From the human T2T-CHM13v2.0 reference genome, Homo sapiens: a stretch of DNA of 64,000 nt. Below are positions 12,117 to 28,756 of this stretch, in pieces (within the stretch, counting starts at the first letter, position 1; each line of letters begins with the position of its first letter). The stretch lies in NCBI GenBank assembly GCA_009914755.4, contig CP068257.2, positions 35,968,001 to 36,032,000 of the forward strand. The letters run 5' to 3'. The translations under genes and the position numbers were made by a program. The notes under the pieces were generated by a model, which saw nothing but the letters and a program-made list of their open reading frames with translations, was not told the origin of the DNA and searched no databases.

Positions 12117-12479
12117 TTGTATTACTCCACCCTCACGCTGCAAATAAAGACGTACCTGAGACTGGGTAATTTATTTTAAAAAAAGAGGTTTAATGGGCTC
12201 ACAGTTCCACGTGGCTGGGGAGGCCTCGCAATCATGGCGGAAGGTGAAGGAGGAGCAAAGTTATATCTTACATAGCAGGCAAGAGAGCATGTGGAGGGGA
12301 GCTTCCCTTTATAAAACCATCAGATCTCATGAGACGTATTCACTATCATGAGAATGATAAGGGAAAAACTACCCCCATAATTCAATTACCTCCCACTGGG
12401 TCCCTCCCACGACACGTGGGGATTATGGGAGTTAAGATTCAAGATGAGATTTGGGTGGGGACACAGCCAAACCATATCA
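12117..12479 (-). mobile_element. THE1-type MaLR LTR (antisense)
   Basis: '…ctgcaaataaagacgtacctgagactgggtaatttat…ggtttaatgggctcacagttccacgtggctggggaggcctc…caatcatggcggaaggtgaagg…acgtggggattatgggagttaagattcaagatgagatttgggtggggacacagccaaaccatatca' matches the reverse-complement THE1 consensus. Confidence 0.75.
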
Positions 12480-13282
12480 ATAGTTTAATCAAAGCTACTT
12501 ATGGGGAGCTAATTTGAAACTTCCTTCTGTTTCTTTCTTGTTCTGGACGTGTGCGTTACGATGTTATCACCAACTCTCCAGCAGCAGTGGGATGAGCTGG
12601 GAAGTTCATCATCATTTCTATGACTGATTGAGATTTGATTCTGTCTGATTTCATGCCTGCATGGGCACATTTTTCAAACAGTGTGTGGTCGGCCCGTTCC
12701 TCGTATTCATTCATGGCTTCTGTGTGAGGACACCTGTGGTCAGTGTTAAGGGGACAGTGTGCCCAGCAGGGATGATAAAGCTGTGGGCATCTTAGTGAGG
12801 TTCTTGGGGTAGCTCCTCACCCCTTGATCACCCCAAGGGCCACGTGGCTTGCCCCTGAACCTCCCTTCGCGTCCAGCTTCCTGGGCTGGTCAAACACTGA
12901 TTCCAAAGGAACACTCACACGTTGGTCTGCTTGAGGGCTGCAGAATCGTGTGTGGAAGTTTGGCAGCTCCTTGGCAAGCCTGCTCCTTCCCCAGCAAATG
13001 GAAACACCATTCTGAACACCTGGGCATTGTCTCTGATGTCCCTTTTCATCTCCCTACTCTCACACAATCCAGCTGCCTCTCTGCCTTCCACGGATATTAA
13101 GAACGTCCACCATCTCCTGAGTCCAAGCCCTTCTCACTCACCTCTTTCTTGAACTAATTTCTTCCTGTTTTTTTCCAGTCCTCCCTTCTGTTCATGTCTC
13201 TCCTCTGCACACTTCCATTTTGTGGTTCAGAAAATGTCACCGTCCCAGTCACACTTGCCTTATGGCTGTTGTGTCATAAATA

Positions 13283-14310
13283 CAGTTGACACTTGAACAA
13301 CATGGGTTTGAACTGCATGGATTCACTTATACACATATTTTTTCAATACAAATATATTTAAAAATTTTGGAGATTTGCAACAATTTGAAAAAACTTGCAG
13401 ATGAACAGCATAGCATAGAAATATTGAAAAATTAAGAAAAAGGTATGTCATGAATGCATAAAACATATGCAGATACTAGTCTATTTTAACCTTTACTGCC
13501 ATAAAGTATACACAAATCTATTATAAAAGGTTAAAGTTTATCAAAGCTTATGCACACAAACACTTATAGACCATATAGGGAGCCATTCAGTAGAGAGAAA
13601 TGTAAGCGAACGTAAAGGTGTGCTATTTAATCACAACTGCATACACACTGTACCACTGCACTAATTTCAGAGCCACCTCCTGTTGTGATTGTGGTGAGCC
13701 CAAGTGTTGTGAGGATCTGCTTAAAATGCCATGTGATGCTCATCCTGTCTGTGTGAGCAGTTCATTTCTCCAGGAGATCGTGCATCGCAGGAAAAAGTGA
13801 TCTCTCGAGTATCCTGTGTATTTTATGTCGTGTCTGGTGCAATATTGTAAACATTGAATAACATCATGGGACCCATGCGAAGTTCCACTAGTGGTGCTGG
13901 AAGTGCTCCCAAGAAGCAGACAAAAGTCATGACATGCCAAGGAAAAGTTGACTTGCTACAGAACTCGGATTGAGGCCTGCCGCTGTGGTTGCTGCCATTT
14001 CAGACAGATGATCCAGCTTGTAAACAGATGACATAAACTTATGGTATTGATAATAGGGCATAGCACTGTCCATGTACTTTCTCTTCCTTATGATTTTCTT
14101 AACAATGTTTTCTTTTTTTCTAGTTTACTTTACTGTAAGAATACAGTCTGTAATGCATATATGAAATGTGTGTTAACCGTTTATGTTATGGGCTTCCAGT
14201 CAATTATACTACTAATAACTTCCAGGCTATTAGTCAAATTTTTAGGGAGTCAAAACTTATATGTGAATTTTTGACTGTGTAGGGGTCCTGCGTTCTTCAA
14301 GGGTCAACTG
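13283..14310 (+). mobile_element. Tigger1-derived DNA transposon (internally deleted, both termini present)
   Basis: Starts 'cagttgacacttgaacaacatgggtttgaactgcatggattcacttatac' and ends '…gactgtgtaggggtcctgcgttcttcaagggtcaactg', the Tigger1 terminal inverted repeats. Internal 'tactttctcttccttatgattttcttaacaatgttttc…' Tigger1 3' region. 'ta' precedes the 5' end. Confidence 0.75.
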
Positions 14311-14720
14311 TGCACCGCACTGGGTGGCTTAAACAACAGAAACGTATTCTCTCATGGTTCTGGAGGCCAGAAGTCTGAAATCAGTACTACTGGGCTGAAA
14401 TCAAAGTGTTAACTGAGCCCCTCTCCCTCTGGAGGCATCGGGGGGAATTCCCTTCCTTGTTTCTTCCAGTTCTGGTGGCCTGTGGTCTTCCTGGGTTGCG
14501 GCCACATCACTCTGATCTCTGCCTCCTTCTCCTCTGTGTGTGTTCTGGATCTGCCTCTCTCTTATAAGCTACATGTGATGGCACTTAGGGCCCACCTGGA
14601 TAACACAGGATAAGCTCCTTCTCTCAAGAATCTCTACCTTATCACTTCTTTTGCCGTATAAGATAACAGTCACAGGTTCTGAAGATTAGGAAGTGAATCT
14701 ACATGCAGGGGCCCCTTGTT
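14311..14720 (-). mobile_element. MLT1 (MaLR) LTR, antisense
   Basis: 'ctgggtggcttaaacaacagaaacgtattctctcatggttctggaggccagaagtctgaaatca…gggcccacctggataacac…' matches the reverse-complement MLT1 consensus. Abuts the Tigger1 element. Confidence 0.7.
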
Positions 14721-17700
14721 TTGCCTGCCACCACCACCCTACTTCAAGATGGCACCCTTTCCCCTCCAGCTTCCTTTCTCTGCTTTATTTCCTCTCATAA
14801 CATTGGGAATAAGGAAACAGAAAGCTCCAGGGTTTCTTAGCAGTCAGTCCCTGGAGTTGGTGAATTTTAGGCACTAAAATGCCCAAGAACTGTAATGCAC
14901 CAAGAACTGATGGCCTCTGTATTGGTCGGGGTAAAGAAGCCACTCAATGGATTTCAGGTCTGAAGGGCTTAGTTAGGGAGTTAGGGGCTTGCCTATCTGC
15001 TGGGAGAGCTGGAGGAGAGAAGGTCAGGACTTGTCTCTCCTGAGGCACTGAAATATCTGGGTTTCAGAAAACTGGAGTGACTCCCAGGGTCTCTGGGCAG
15101 TTTGCAACAACTTTCTCCAACTGCAGCAGCAAAGTAGGCGATGTCGAAGAGTTTACCAGATGGCCGTGGAGTCTCATGTGTCTGCTTGCAGCTGTTTTGG
15201 GACAAGAGGGGCTTCTCCTTCTCTCCTCTTTCTAGGCTTCACACAAGTTCCTCTCATGGACAGACTCACCCAGAACCAGACAGGGATGGAGAGTTGGTAA
15301 AGGTAATTCCTGGCTTCCTTGAGATGCAAAGGGGAGTGTAGAAGGTAGTGGCACTGGTGATGCAGGCTGACCTCCCATCTCCAGCCCCACAAACAGTGGG
15401 GAATAATTCGCATGTCCTCACAACACAAGTGTCACCGTGTTTATTTCTCAATACTTCTGCTTATCTTTAAAATGCACTCATCCATTCGTTGGCTAGAATA
15501 GATTGAATGCTTACTCTGGACAAGGCATGGCTTCCACTGAAATGCATGTCTGGCTCATATATTTGCTCTGGGGAATTCTTCCCTAGATCTCCTTTCCCTT
15601 ACTCTCTGCTCTTCCCTCACTTTCTTCTCTTTTCTCCCATTCTTTCATTTTCTTTCCCTTTTTCTTTTCTCCTGATTCAATGGTGAACTTTTGTGAAGTC
15701 CCGTTTAAGTCTTCATTCACTCAATTCATAAACATGCCTTCCCTTTTTTTCTGTATCATTCAAGGATTTTGGATGCAAATAAGAAAGCTTGAACTCTGGT
15801 TGGGAAGTAAACTCTACATTTTGAACTGCATATACTCATTGTCATGTCCTCTGTTGGAAGTGCTATTCCCTTGGGTACCAAGATCTCTAAACAAGCAGAC
15901 CCTATAGGTTGTAGGATAAGATGCAAACATTTTGCAAATGGGTCTTAGATGTAGTCCTGAGATGCCCCATCTCCACTTCCTCTCCTTCTTCCCATTCCCA
16001 TGTCTTCCCGTAATGGGAGAAATAGTCTCATATCACACAGGTCACTGGCTCAGCATGCACACTGTATCCTGTGAGATGGCCCTCAATCTTGCAGGGTGTA
16101 GCCTCCCAGTTGATGGTGTAACTGAGTCTTCAGTAGGCCTCTTCATGAGCCTAGCTGATTGTGAATAATGGGTACATGGTCAGGCTTGTGAATTCCATAG
16201 GCACCTGGTCATTGCCTTAGTTCTTCTGCTGGTGTGATACCAATAATGTGATAAAGTGAATCCTTGTTCAGAAGCAGTGTCATGTCTGATACTGCGACAG
16301 TAAGAAAGGTGACCAGTAGGGCCATGTGCGATGGTGTTGGTATAAGTGAGGGTGTTGGAAAAAGCAAGCCGAAATCAGAGTAAGAGTCTCTTCCAGTGAG
16401 AATGTATTGCTGGGGTGATGGAGTCCCAGTGAAACAACTGGTTGCCAGGTAGCTGCCATATTGGTCTAGAATTGAGTGTTCACACGTGGTTACTGCATTG
16501 GAAAATTAAGTACTCAGTGGTGTAGCAGCTGAGTCAGCCTTGGAGAAGGAGCTGTCTGTATTTTTGAGCTCATGAATAGGATCCATCCTGAAACCATGGT
16601 CCCTTTGTTGCTGGGTTCCCAAGCAAGCACAATGATGGTTGGGGAGGTTGGTGATTGACAGTCATAGGTAGCAGGGCCTTAATACAAATGATCGGGACCC
16701 TTCTCCGCAGTAAAGACTTATTGGTGAGCATTTGCGTGGACCACAGGTATTCGCACACCCAGCGCTCATTCCTAAGGGTCTTCTTTCTGAATTTATTGAC
16801 GCCAATCATCCAACTGTGCTTCTTCCAAGACCCTGGCTGCCCAGTCAAACCAATAGTCACTGCCTATGTTCTGGTCTAGCTATTTCTTCCCCTAGGCAAA
16901 GTAGACAATGAGAGAACCCTTGAAGTTATGTCTACTAAAAATATTTACCTTCTCCACCATCTTTCAGAATCATCTCTGGTTTGTTTTGGGAAATGTTTAA
17001 CAACAGGCTCTCTGGAAAAATAGAAGCTGTAATTTGTAGTATTTGCCAATTTCTGTGGTATAAATATTCCCACAGTCACCAGTCTCAAGCTACTGGCTTG
17101 ACGTCACTGACTGCAGAGTTGGGAAGAGAGGTGCCATTGTCTTCCATTAGATAGCATTTCCACCAGGCATATACAATAGATGTCAGTGACCTCAAGAACA
17201 GAGATAATAGTGAAATACATAAAGCGATGAAGAAGAGATGAATTTTGAGTATTTTTTTTAAATCTTTGTTTTAAAACATAATTTATTTAATTGTAAGTTT
17301 ATATAATTTTGTTTTTAATAGTGGTTGTGTTTAACAACCAGCCTGCAAAATTCCTGGAAGAATTTCGGTTGGCTCTTGTGAACTGGTCCCAGCCGGCTCC
17401 AGCTCAACACTGGCTGTAATGCTGCAGTGTTCGTCCCACTGCTGGCTGGGGCATACGTGGTTGGCAGTGCTACCAGTAAATTGGGCCCCTTTTTTTTCTC
17501 GCCAGGTAACTGGTCATAGAGAACTTCCCATGAGGCCTTAAGAGTGGATTAAGGAATGGGTAGCAGTGAAATGAGACTAAGCATGCCAGGAGTTTGCAAC
17601 CCCTACCTCCACTTATGCAACTTTCTATGGTCTTCAGACCTGCTCAATCCCTGGCCTGTACATGCCATCCCCCCCAGCTGATGCAATGCTGCTGGGGTGC

Positions 17701-18070
17701 CCACTTGATGGCCAGCTGGGAGAGACCCAGCAGGACCTAGTATTAGTGGAGTGACCCTGCTAGGAGGTCACTCACCCCCAGTCAGCTGTTTCCTCCATCA
17801 TTAGCCAGTGTTGTGCCCCTGCCAGCCTTGGCAGGGGTTGATTAACGTTCTTATACCCCCTCTGGCTCTAGCCTACTGACTCTGTCACCGTGTAGCTAAT
17901 GATGGGGTAAATGCTGGTGTTCATTTCTTCCTTTCAATACAAAAGGACCCAGACATTAGATCATCTCACAGTGTTCACTATGTAACCAGCAGTATAACTT
18001 TCCATTCATTGTTATAATTGTGTGATACTAATTGTCATTTGTGATGTAATTTCGGACTAAATATTTAAAT

Positions 18071-18195
18071 CTCTGAGCCTCTGTTTCCTCAGCTAGAAAA
18101 TAGCTACTGATACTACTGATCTTGCAGGACTATAAGGATTAAATAAGATAATGTATAAAGAATGCCCTGCACCTATACATAAAAGTGCCAATGAG
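18071..18195 (+). mobile_element. MIR SINE fragment
   Basis: 'ctctgagcctctgtttcctcagctagaaaatagctactgatactactgatcttgcaggactataaggattaaataagataatgtataaagaatgccctgcacctatacataa' parallels the MIR core (…cctctctgtgcctcagtttcctcatctgtaaaatggggataataatagtacctacctcatagggttgttgtgaggattaaatgag…). Confidence 0.5.
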
Positions 18196-19220
18196 TGGTG
18201 GTGTTTGTAGTTGGGGTGGTTGTGCTGTGATACAGTCCACAAAGGGAAGGAGTCATCTGTTCACCTTGAGTCTATAAAAGTGAAAAAACAATGGTTTTTG
18301 AGACTGGCTTGACAAGAAAGAAGTTGGAAATGAGACCTGAAATGTATTGACCATAGCCTCTGGCAAGGCTACTCTGTCCTCACTTTACCCCGCTGTACTA
18401 GTGAAAAGCAATGGTTTGGGGAGCCACATTTCCCATTTTCTTGTCTTTGGGATTTCCTTGATGCTGGAGCACAGGGAGGCAGAGACTGATCTGCTCCAAG
18501 CCTCCTTGGGGGATGGAAGGTGGCCCACATGTCTTCTCTCTGGAGATGATTTCAGGATTTTGAGAGAAAATAAACATGGAGCTGTGATTTAGGAAAACTG
18601 TAAATCAAGCAGCTGTTGGGAAGACCCAAAGTGACATATTTATTTATAAGGGAAGAAAGATCATATTATATGAGCAAACATATAAAAGGATGTGTGTATT
18701 CGTGCTGGCTAAGGACAGCTGCCATAAAATATACACATATATTTTATGTGGGAGACACGTGCTGTTCCGAGTTCCTCCACTGTGCTCTTTGAGTCCCATT
18801 GGGTGTAACATCTGTCCATCCTGAGGGGCCCTGCCTAGGTGGTGAATGTGGAAGCGCTTGCCTTTCTGGGGTACATACTGACCTTAGGTGGTTAAATGTA
18901 TCCTACTGGTTATAAGTACCTGGGTCACAGCCACAAGCAATAATTGGATAAAAGGACTCCTTTAGTTAATGTATACTAATTAATTTCACAGAAATCACCT
19001 GTAAGAGCTGATGTAAGTAGTGCGTTGTGTTTTGTCAAAATATGAGATAATTTGGTAGATTAAACATTTCTACTATAGATGGAAAGCACCCAATAATTCC
19101 CAGCTGGCAAAGAATGAAATTTCAAAGAATGAAATTTTCACAATATAATGCAACTGTGAAAGCAATAATAAAGGTTTCAGTGGCTGCTGTAGTCACCTGA
19201 ATGGCAAACTCTGAATATTC

Positions 19221-20084
19221 CATCCACCCCCTCCCACTCAGCCACCCATCCAGTCACCCATCTACTCATCTATCCATCCATCCATCCCTCCACCCACCCG
19301 CCCAACCATCCATCTACCCATCCACCCATCCATTGACCCATCCACTCATCCACCCATCTACCCATCCACCCATCTACCCATCCACCCATCTACCCATCCA
19401 CACATCTAGCCATCCACACATCTAGCCATCCACCTTCCCACCCATCCACCCATCTATCCATCCACTTATCCACCCATTTACCCATTCACCCATCCACCCA
19501 TCCATCCATGTACCCATCCATCCACCCATCTACCCATCTACCCATCCAACAATCCACCCATCTACCCATCCAACAATCCATCCATCTACCCATCCACCCA
19601 TCAACCTATCCACCCATCTGTCCATCCACTTATTTACCCATCTACCCATGCACCCATCCACACATCCATCCATCCACACATCTACCCATCCACCCATCCA
19701 CACACCCACCTATCCACACATCTACCCATCCATCCACCCATATACCCATCTACCCATTCAACCATCCACCCTTCTACCCATCCACCCATCTACCCTTCCA
19801 CCTATCCACCCATCCACTCATCTACCCTTCTACCCATCCACTCATCTACCCTTCTACCCATCCACTTACCCATTCATCCACTCATCCACCCATCCACCTT
19901 TCTGCCCATCCACCTATGCATTCATCCACCCATCCATATATCCATCCACCCATCTACCTATCCACCCATCCACCCATCCACCCATCCACCCATCCACCCA
20001 TACACCCATCTACCCATCCACCTATCCATCCACCCCTCCACTCAGCCACCCCTTCATCCATCCATCCATCCATCCATCTATCCA
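19221..20084. repeat. Long strand-asymmetric simple repeat, (CCAT/CACC/CATC)n-like, ~865 bp
   Basis: Continuous 'catccacccatccatcc…' arrays. The + strand is almost G-free; the complement is (GGATGG/GGGTGG)n. Produces spurious proline/histidine/serine-rich ORFs (19201..20092). Confidence 0.9.
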
Positions 20085-21490
20085 ATAAATAAGTACTGAA
20101 CACCAACTAAGCTCCAAGCATTACAAAAGGTGCTGAGAACAAAGATGAGTGAGACCACCTTTGGCTGACAGAGAGCTTGTCATGTACTGGGGAAGACAGA
20201 CAAGAGGAGTGAACACACAGGGCAGCGTTAGTTTACAGATCTTTGAAGACCCATACTTGGAAGCCTACTGGCTCCCCAGGGGAGTTAGGGAAGGATGTCT
20301 GAGTTCCCTGGATGGCTCTGAATTCACATTCCAGAAAGAAAGGAACAATATTGTCAAAGCCGAAGTGGCCTAAGAGGGTGTGCCCTGTCTAGGGAAAGTA
20401 GACATTTGATAAGGTAGGCTAAAAGGGGAGAGTTTTGGTCTGCAGAGGGGCCCAGGGCCCAGAACCTGCTGGTGCTGAGAGGCTCAGCTGAGGCGTTTGG
20501 ACTGAATGCTGCATAGCAGTGAGCATTAACCTGTGCTCCGGTGGCAAGAGTCTTGGGGCAGTTGGGTTTGAGGGGTAGGGCTCTTAGCCTCCACCCATGC
20601 TGCAACCAAGCTCTCCACTTTGTCTGCGTTAAATATCGAGCTTCTGCTTGAGCTTTCCTTCAGAGCATAGTTTCTTTAATTTGAAAACTACCGGAATAGA
20701 TGAAGAAGTGTCAGTATGGTTTTGACCAGGGAGTCGCTTTAGCCAATCCCTTGGGGGTAATGCAGAGGGTTGCCTCAGTGGCCAGAGAAAAGCAGAGATG
20801 GGGCTCTTCCCTGGATGCATCTCCACAGGGTTGCGTGGGGCTTGATGGGTGCCAAGTGCGACAGACACACAGGGGCTGGGGGACACAGAGGACAGGGTAA
20901 TAATTCCACCAGGCACAACAGTAATATTGGCAGGGGCACATTAGGAAAATCAGGACGAAATACACACGATGTCCCAGGGTTTGTTTCACCAAACACTAGC
21001 TTCTGGGAAAGAATTTATCTTAGGCACATTTTTACATGACTTTTGTTCATGTTACAGTATGAGGCAACTCACGTGTCATTTTAAACCTTGGCTTCCTGCA
21101 CGCCTCGGTAGAGAGGGACAGCTGGCTAAGCCACCAGCCCGAGATTCCCTGGTGGGGAGGAGTTAGAGCCGAGCCGAGGCACTGGAGTTTGGCAAAGCCA
21201 ACCCATGCAAAATGGACCACTGAGAACACGAAAAACTCTCACGGAATGTTTCTTTAGTCCAACATGGAACTTTATCATGAATGATCAAACTCCTTTTATT
21301 AAGACTCTTAGAGCTGTGACAAGGGGCAGGATCAACTGCTCTGCAAGTCCCTAATTCCCTTTCGTTTTTTTCAAGTTCCATGAAGTGCAAGGTACAAACA
21401 GGTATCAAAGGAGTCCCACTTGGGTCAGTAGGTGTGGAAAGGAGCGGAGCTGACCCATTGCTGGGATCTGGCCATAGGCAGAACATTGTG

Positions 21491-21610
21491 GGAGAGATGG
21501 GGAAAGAGACAGGAGGGGGAGAGCGAGAAGGAGGAAAGGGAGCAAGAGAGTTAGGGAGAGAAAGAAAGAGATGGAGAGAGAGGAAGAGTGGGAGGGAAGA
21601 AGAGAGAAGA
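21491..21610. repeat. GA-rich (purine) low-complexity tract
   Basis: 'gggagagatggggaaagagacaggagggggagagcgagaaggaggaaagggagcaagagag…agagaggaagagtgggagggaagaagagagaag'. Confidence 0.75.
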
Positions 21611-21861
21611 TCACTCCAAACCCATGGTACTATCCTTGGGTTATGCCTGATATGCCTGACATCTTGAGTGGCCCTGGGGCAGGGTGTTGCGCTTTGAAAC
21701 AATTCATGCTCTCACTTGTAGAAAAGGCCGACTTCTTTGGACACAGACACACATAAAAAAGAAACCAAGGCCATATCAAATTTTTCTTTTATTGTTCCAG
21801 TCAAAAAAAGAGGAACACCTCAATATGTAAACAGTTTCCCTAACACAGCGAGTTCTTAAAG

Positions 21862-21890
21862 ATATATATATATATATATATTTTTTTTTT
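21862..21890. repeat. (TA)10 followed by T10
   Basis: 'atatatatatatatatatat' then 'tttttttttt'. Confidence 0.8.
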
Positions 21891-22734
21891 ATTTTAAAAA
21901 AATTTGGCATTGTAGTGATTTCTCAATACATAATTTGTGCTTTCGCATTGAGCATGCTTTCGTCTCATTGTCCGTGCACAGACATACTTGGAGTTGAGTA
22001 AAGGGAGTTACAAAAGGACCAAAAAATGGGACAGGAGCCAAACCAGTACTTGAGCCCTACCTGGTGTTCCTTCCTAAAAAGCATGGTGGAAAAGTTGGCA
22101 AGATTGACCTCAGAAGCAAATCTTAGTGACTTTATTCCAAAGAAATCTTAGAAGCCTTGGTAGCAACTTTTGAAAGAAGCATTTCTTGTTTTCTTTCTGT
22201 TCATCCCTAAAGGATCATTGGTTTTGCTTGGAGAAAACTTTAGTTATTTTGTATGTTATATTTCTTAATATCCCTAAGTCCCTTCTAAAATAAACTCTTG
22301 TTTTGTGATTTTGCTGGACACATGATGGTTTACAACTACATGCTATTGAAATTCCACTAGTGATTTATTCTGCTTTTTGCTGAATCATTTCAAAGTGCTT
22401 GACAGTTGTGTAAAGACCTTTTGGTTTTGTCCAGTGAAAATTATTTTTTAATTCAATACTAAAGACTTCAGAGCCTTTAAGATGCAATGATGGGTTTATC
22501 AATAATACTGTTCATGCTATTCGTTTCTTAGTCCTTGTCCTTAGCCTGAAATTCTAAGTCTCTATAAATTAGCACCAGTTTTCCAAATGCATATTTTATC
22601 AAATCCTATGATCCTAGGCTGGTCTAGGTACCATCCCCCAATCTTACCTTGTGTGTTTCTGTTTTAAGACCCTCTCCCATGCTGGCCTTGCAAACTGAAA
22701 TGCCTTTGCTTTTGGATCTCTCTCTCTCTTTTTA

Positions 22735-22860
22735 AAATAGAGATGGGGTCTTGCTGTGTTGCACAGGCTAATCTTGAATTCCTGGGCTCAAGCAATCCTC
22801 CCACCTTGGCCTCTCAAAGTGCTGGAATTACAGGCATGAACCATTGTGCTTGCCTGCCCT
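22735..22860 (-). mobile_element. Alu monomer-like fragment (FRAM/FLAM-type), antisense
   Basis: 'agagatggggtcttgctgtgttgcacaggctaatcttgaattcctgggctcaagcaatcctcccaccttggcctctcaaagtgctggaattacaggcatgaaccattgtgc' resembles an antisense Alu right monomer. Confidence 0.5.
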
Positions 22861-24714
22861 TGGATCTCTGTCTCCAAAACCTAAGCAGTCTTTGAGAAAT
22901 GTCAGGGCAAATGTCCCTTTCTTCCTCATGAGGCCATTTCTTACTGCTTACGCAGAAACTGATCTACTTTCTTTACATTCCAGCAAATTTGTTGTGCCTG
23001 TCCCTCTTCGTTTAGGTATTTCTAAAACTAGACTCAGTTACTTCACGTGTGAAGTGGGAAGCAGTATTTTCTCACAGGGTTTTGTGTGGTTCGATGCACT
23101 TAGCGCAGTGTTGTTGCATGGTAAGGGCTGGCAGCCATGGGATTACAGGCTTGTTGAGGACAGTGGGGGATGTTACTTTTTCTCAGAGTCTTCATAGTAA
23201 CTTGTCAAGGACATCACTCACTGTACTGCAAGTGTTCACTGAGTGCTCATGGCCAGCACTCAGGCAAGTGAATACACATTTGGAGTAATAAAATATGGGG
23301 CATCAGCTAACTTTCAGAATATTTTGAGTGGAGTTTTGTCCTTGTCTAGTTTTAGTTGCCTGTTGGGATCCCTGAGTATAAAAATACAAGTGTGTGCCTG
23401 CTCCCAGCATTGACGAGCTTCATGAACCTTGAAAATGGAACACTTTATTTCTCTGTAGGATGTGAGCATTTGATAAAGAACTCAAGTTCCTGAAAAAATT
23501 TCTGGAGACAAAGTTGAGGATCAAGTATCATCTGTGCTTCATTTCTTTTGGGAAGATGTGCGTTCTCTAGGTGTGGATATTGGAGTTGGCACACTGACAT
23601 GCACCCTAATGACCCTCAGCTTGGGGACCCAATTCTGACACCTGCTGGGCTTTGCTTTCTTTGCTTAACTAGTTCTTGAAAATTCTGTGTGATGGTGAGA
23701 ATAAGAAGTTCCAGGTACATAGAAACATGAATGTCCACAAACATGCAACCCCCAAACTAGATGCAGTCTTATCTTCAATCGCATAGATTCAAAATTAAAG
23801 AGACTATTGAAACCTTGGCACTGCTAGAGACTTTTGAACTAATAGCTTTCTGGAATAATTTTCTATCCTAAGAAATAGCTCACAGAACAACCCTATATTT
23901 TACTGGGCCATAGTAAACATTTTGGGCCTTAATATAATGCCATTTTATTAGGAAAGACAAATACAATGAATTATCTTATGATTAATAATGAAAAGTGGCC
24001 ACTATTTTCCATTACTGGTATATAACTAAAATAAAGCAGTAGTGCTACGGTTAAAATAAATCAGCTTAATTAAAATATTATGGTTTAAGCTTTTTGCCTC
24101 CTTAATTATCCTGTCTGGTTTAGTTTTTGTTTTGTTTTTCTGACTGGGGCCCTAGGTGCATGCTTTAGGGAGGGTAGAGCTGGATTTGGGTTAAAAGCAA
24201 ATTGTCAGTAGCCTGCTGGAGCTGAAGGAATTGCTCATGGATGAGCTGGCGAGATGCAGCCTCACATTTATTTTCTATCAATGATGCTGACCTTCCTTGG
24301 ACATTTTTCTACTGCAGAGAAGACCACAGTGCATGTCCAGTAGCACCTCATTTATCTAGAAGGCACCTACCTCACAGCTCATCTCTCTGCTACCGGGTTT
24401 AGTGGTGGTAATGACAGGGGAGCAGGACGTGGTCGGTGGGTGCTGTTGGAGACAAGTGTGTGGCTGGTAGTTAATTTCCCTGCTGCCAGCAAGGGAATCA
24501 GTTAAATGATGAAAACAGCTGAGACTTAAAGCTGAACCATCTGGGGTCATTTAGTGTAGAGGTACAGTCTAGAACTGATGGTGGTGTAGGTTGGAATGGA
24601 TACTAGAATTATTAAAGCAGAGACTATGGGGTTCAAATGTTTGTTGAAAAAGATGAGGAAACTACAGCAGATTAGTCTTTTTGCTTAAGCTTGCATGGAA
24701 TGTTCATCAAGTTA

Positions 24715-28496
<3,782 letters not shown>

Positions 28497-28756
28497 GGGG
28501 TGGAGGAAGCTATTTCCGACCAGTGAAATGATATACCCAGGACGACATTGCTCATCTGGGGGCAAAACCTGGTCTTCTGAGTCCAGGGTTCCTACCAAAC
28601 ACTGGAAGAAAGGCTGTTGCCTGCAGGTTCAGGGAAGTGTATGGTACATTTTTAAAATAATGCCACAGTGCATGCAGGGGAGGAACGCCAATCTTAAGGC
28701 TTTGATTTCTGGAAATTTACTTTTGTGGTGTCACTCATAACTGATTGGAAAGGATA

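Noticed and set aside
19201-20092. ORFs of 74-194 aa encoding HPS/IHP-repeat peptides
   Set aside because: Direct translation of the (CCAT/CACC)n simple repeat; not coding.
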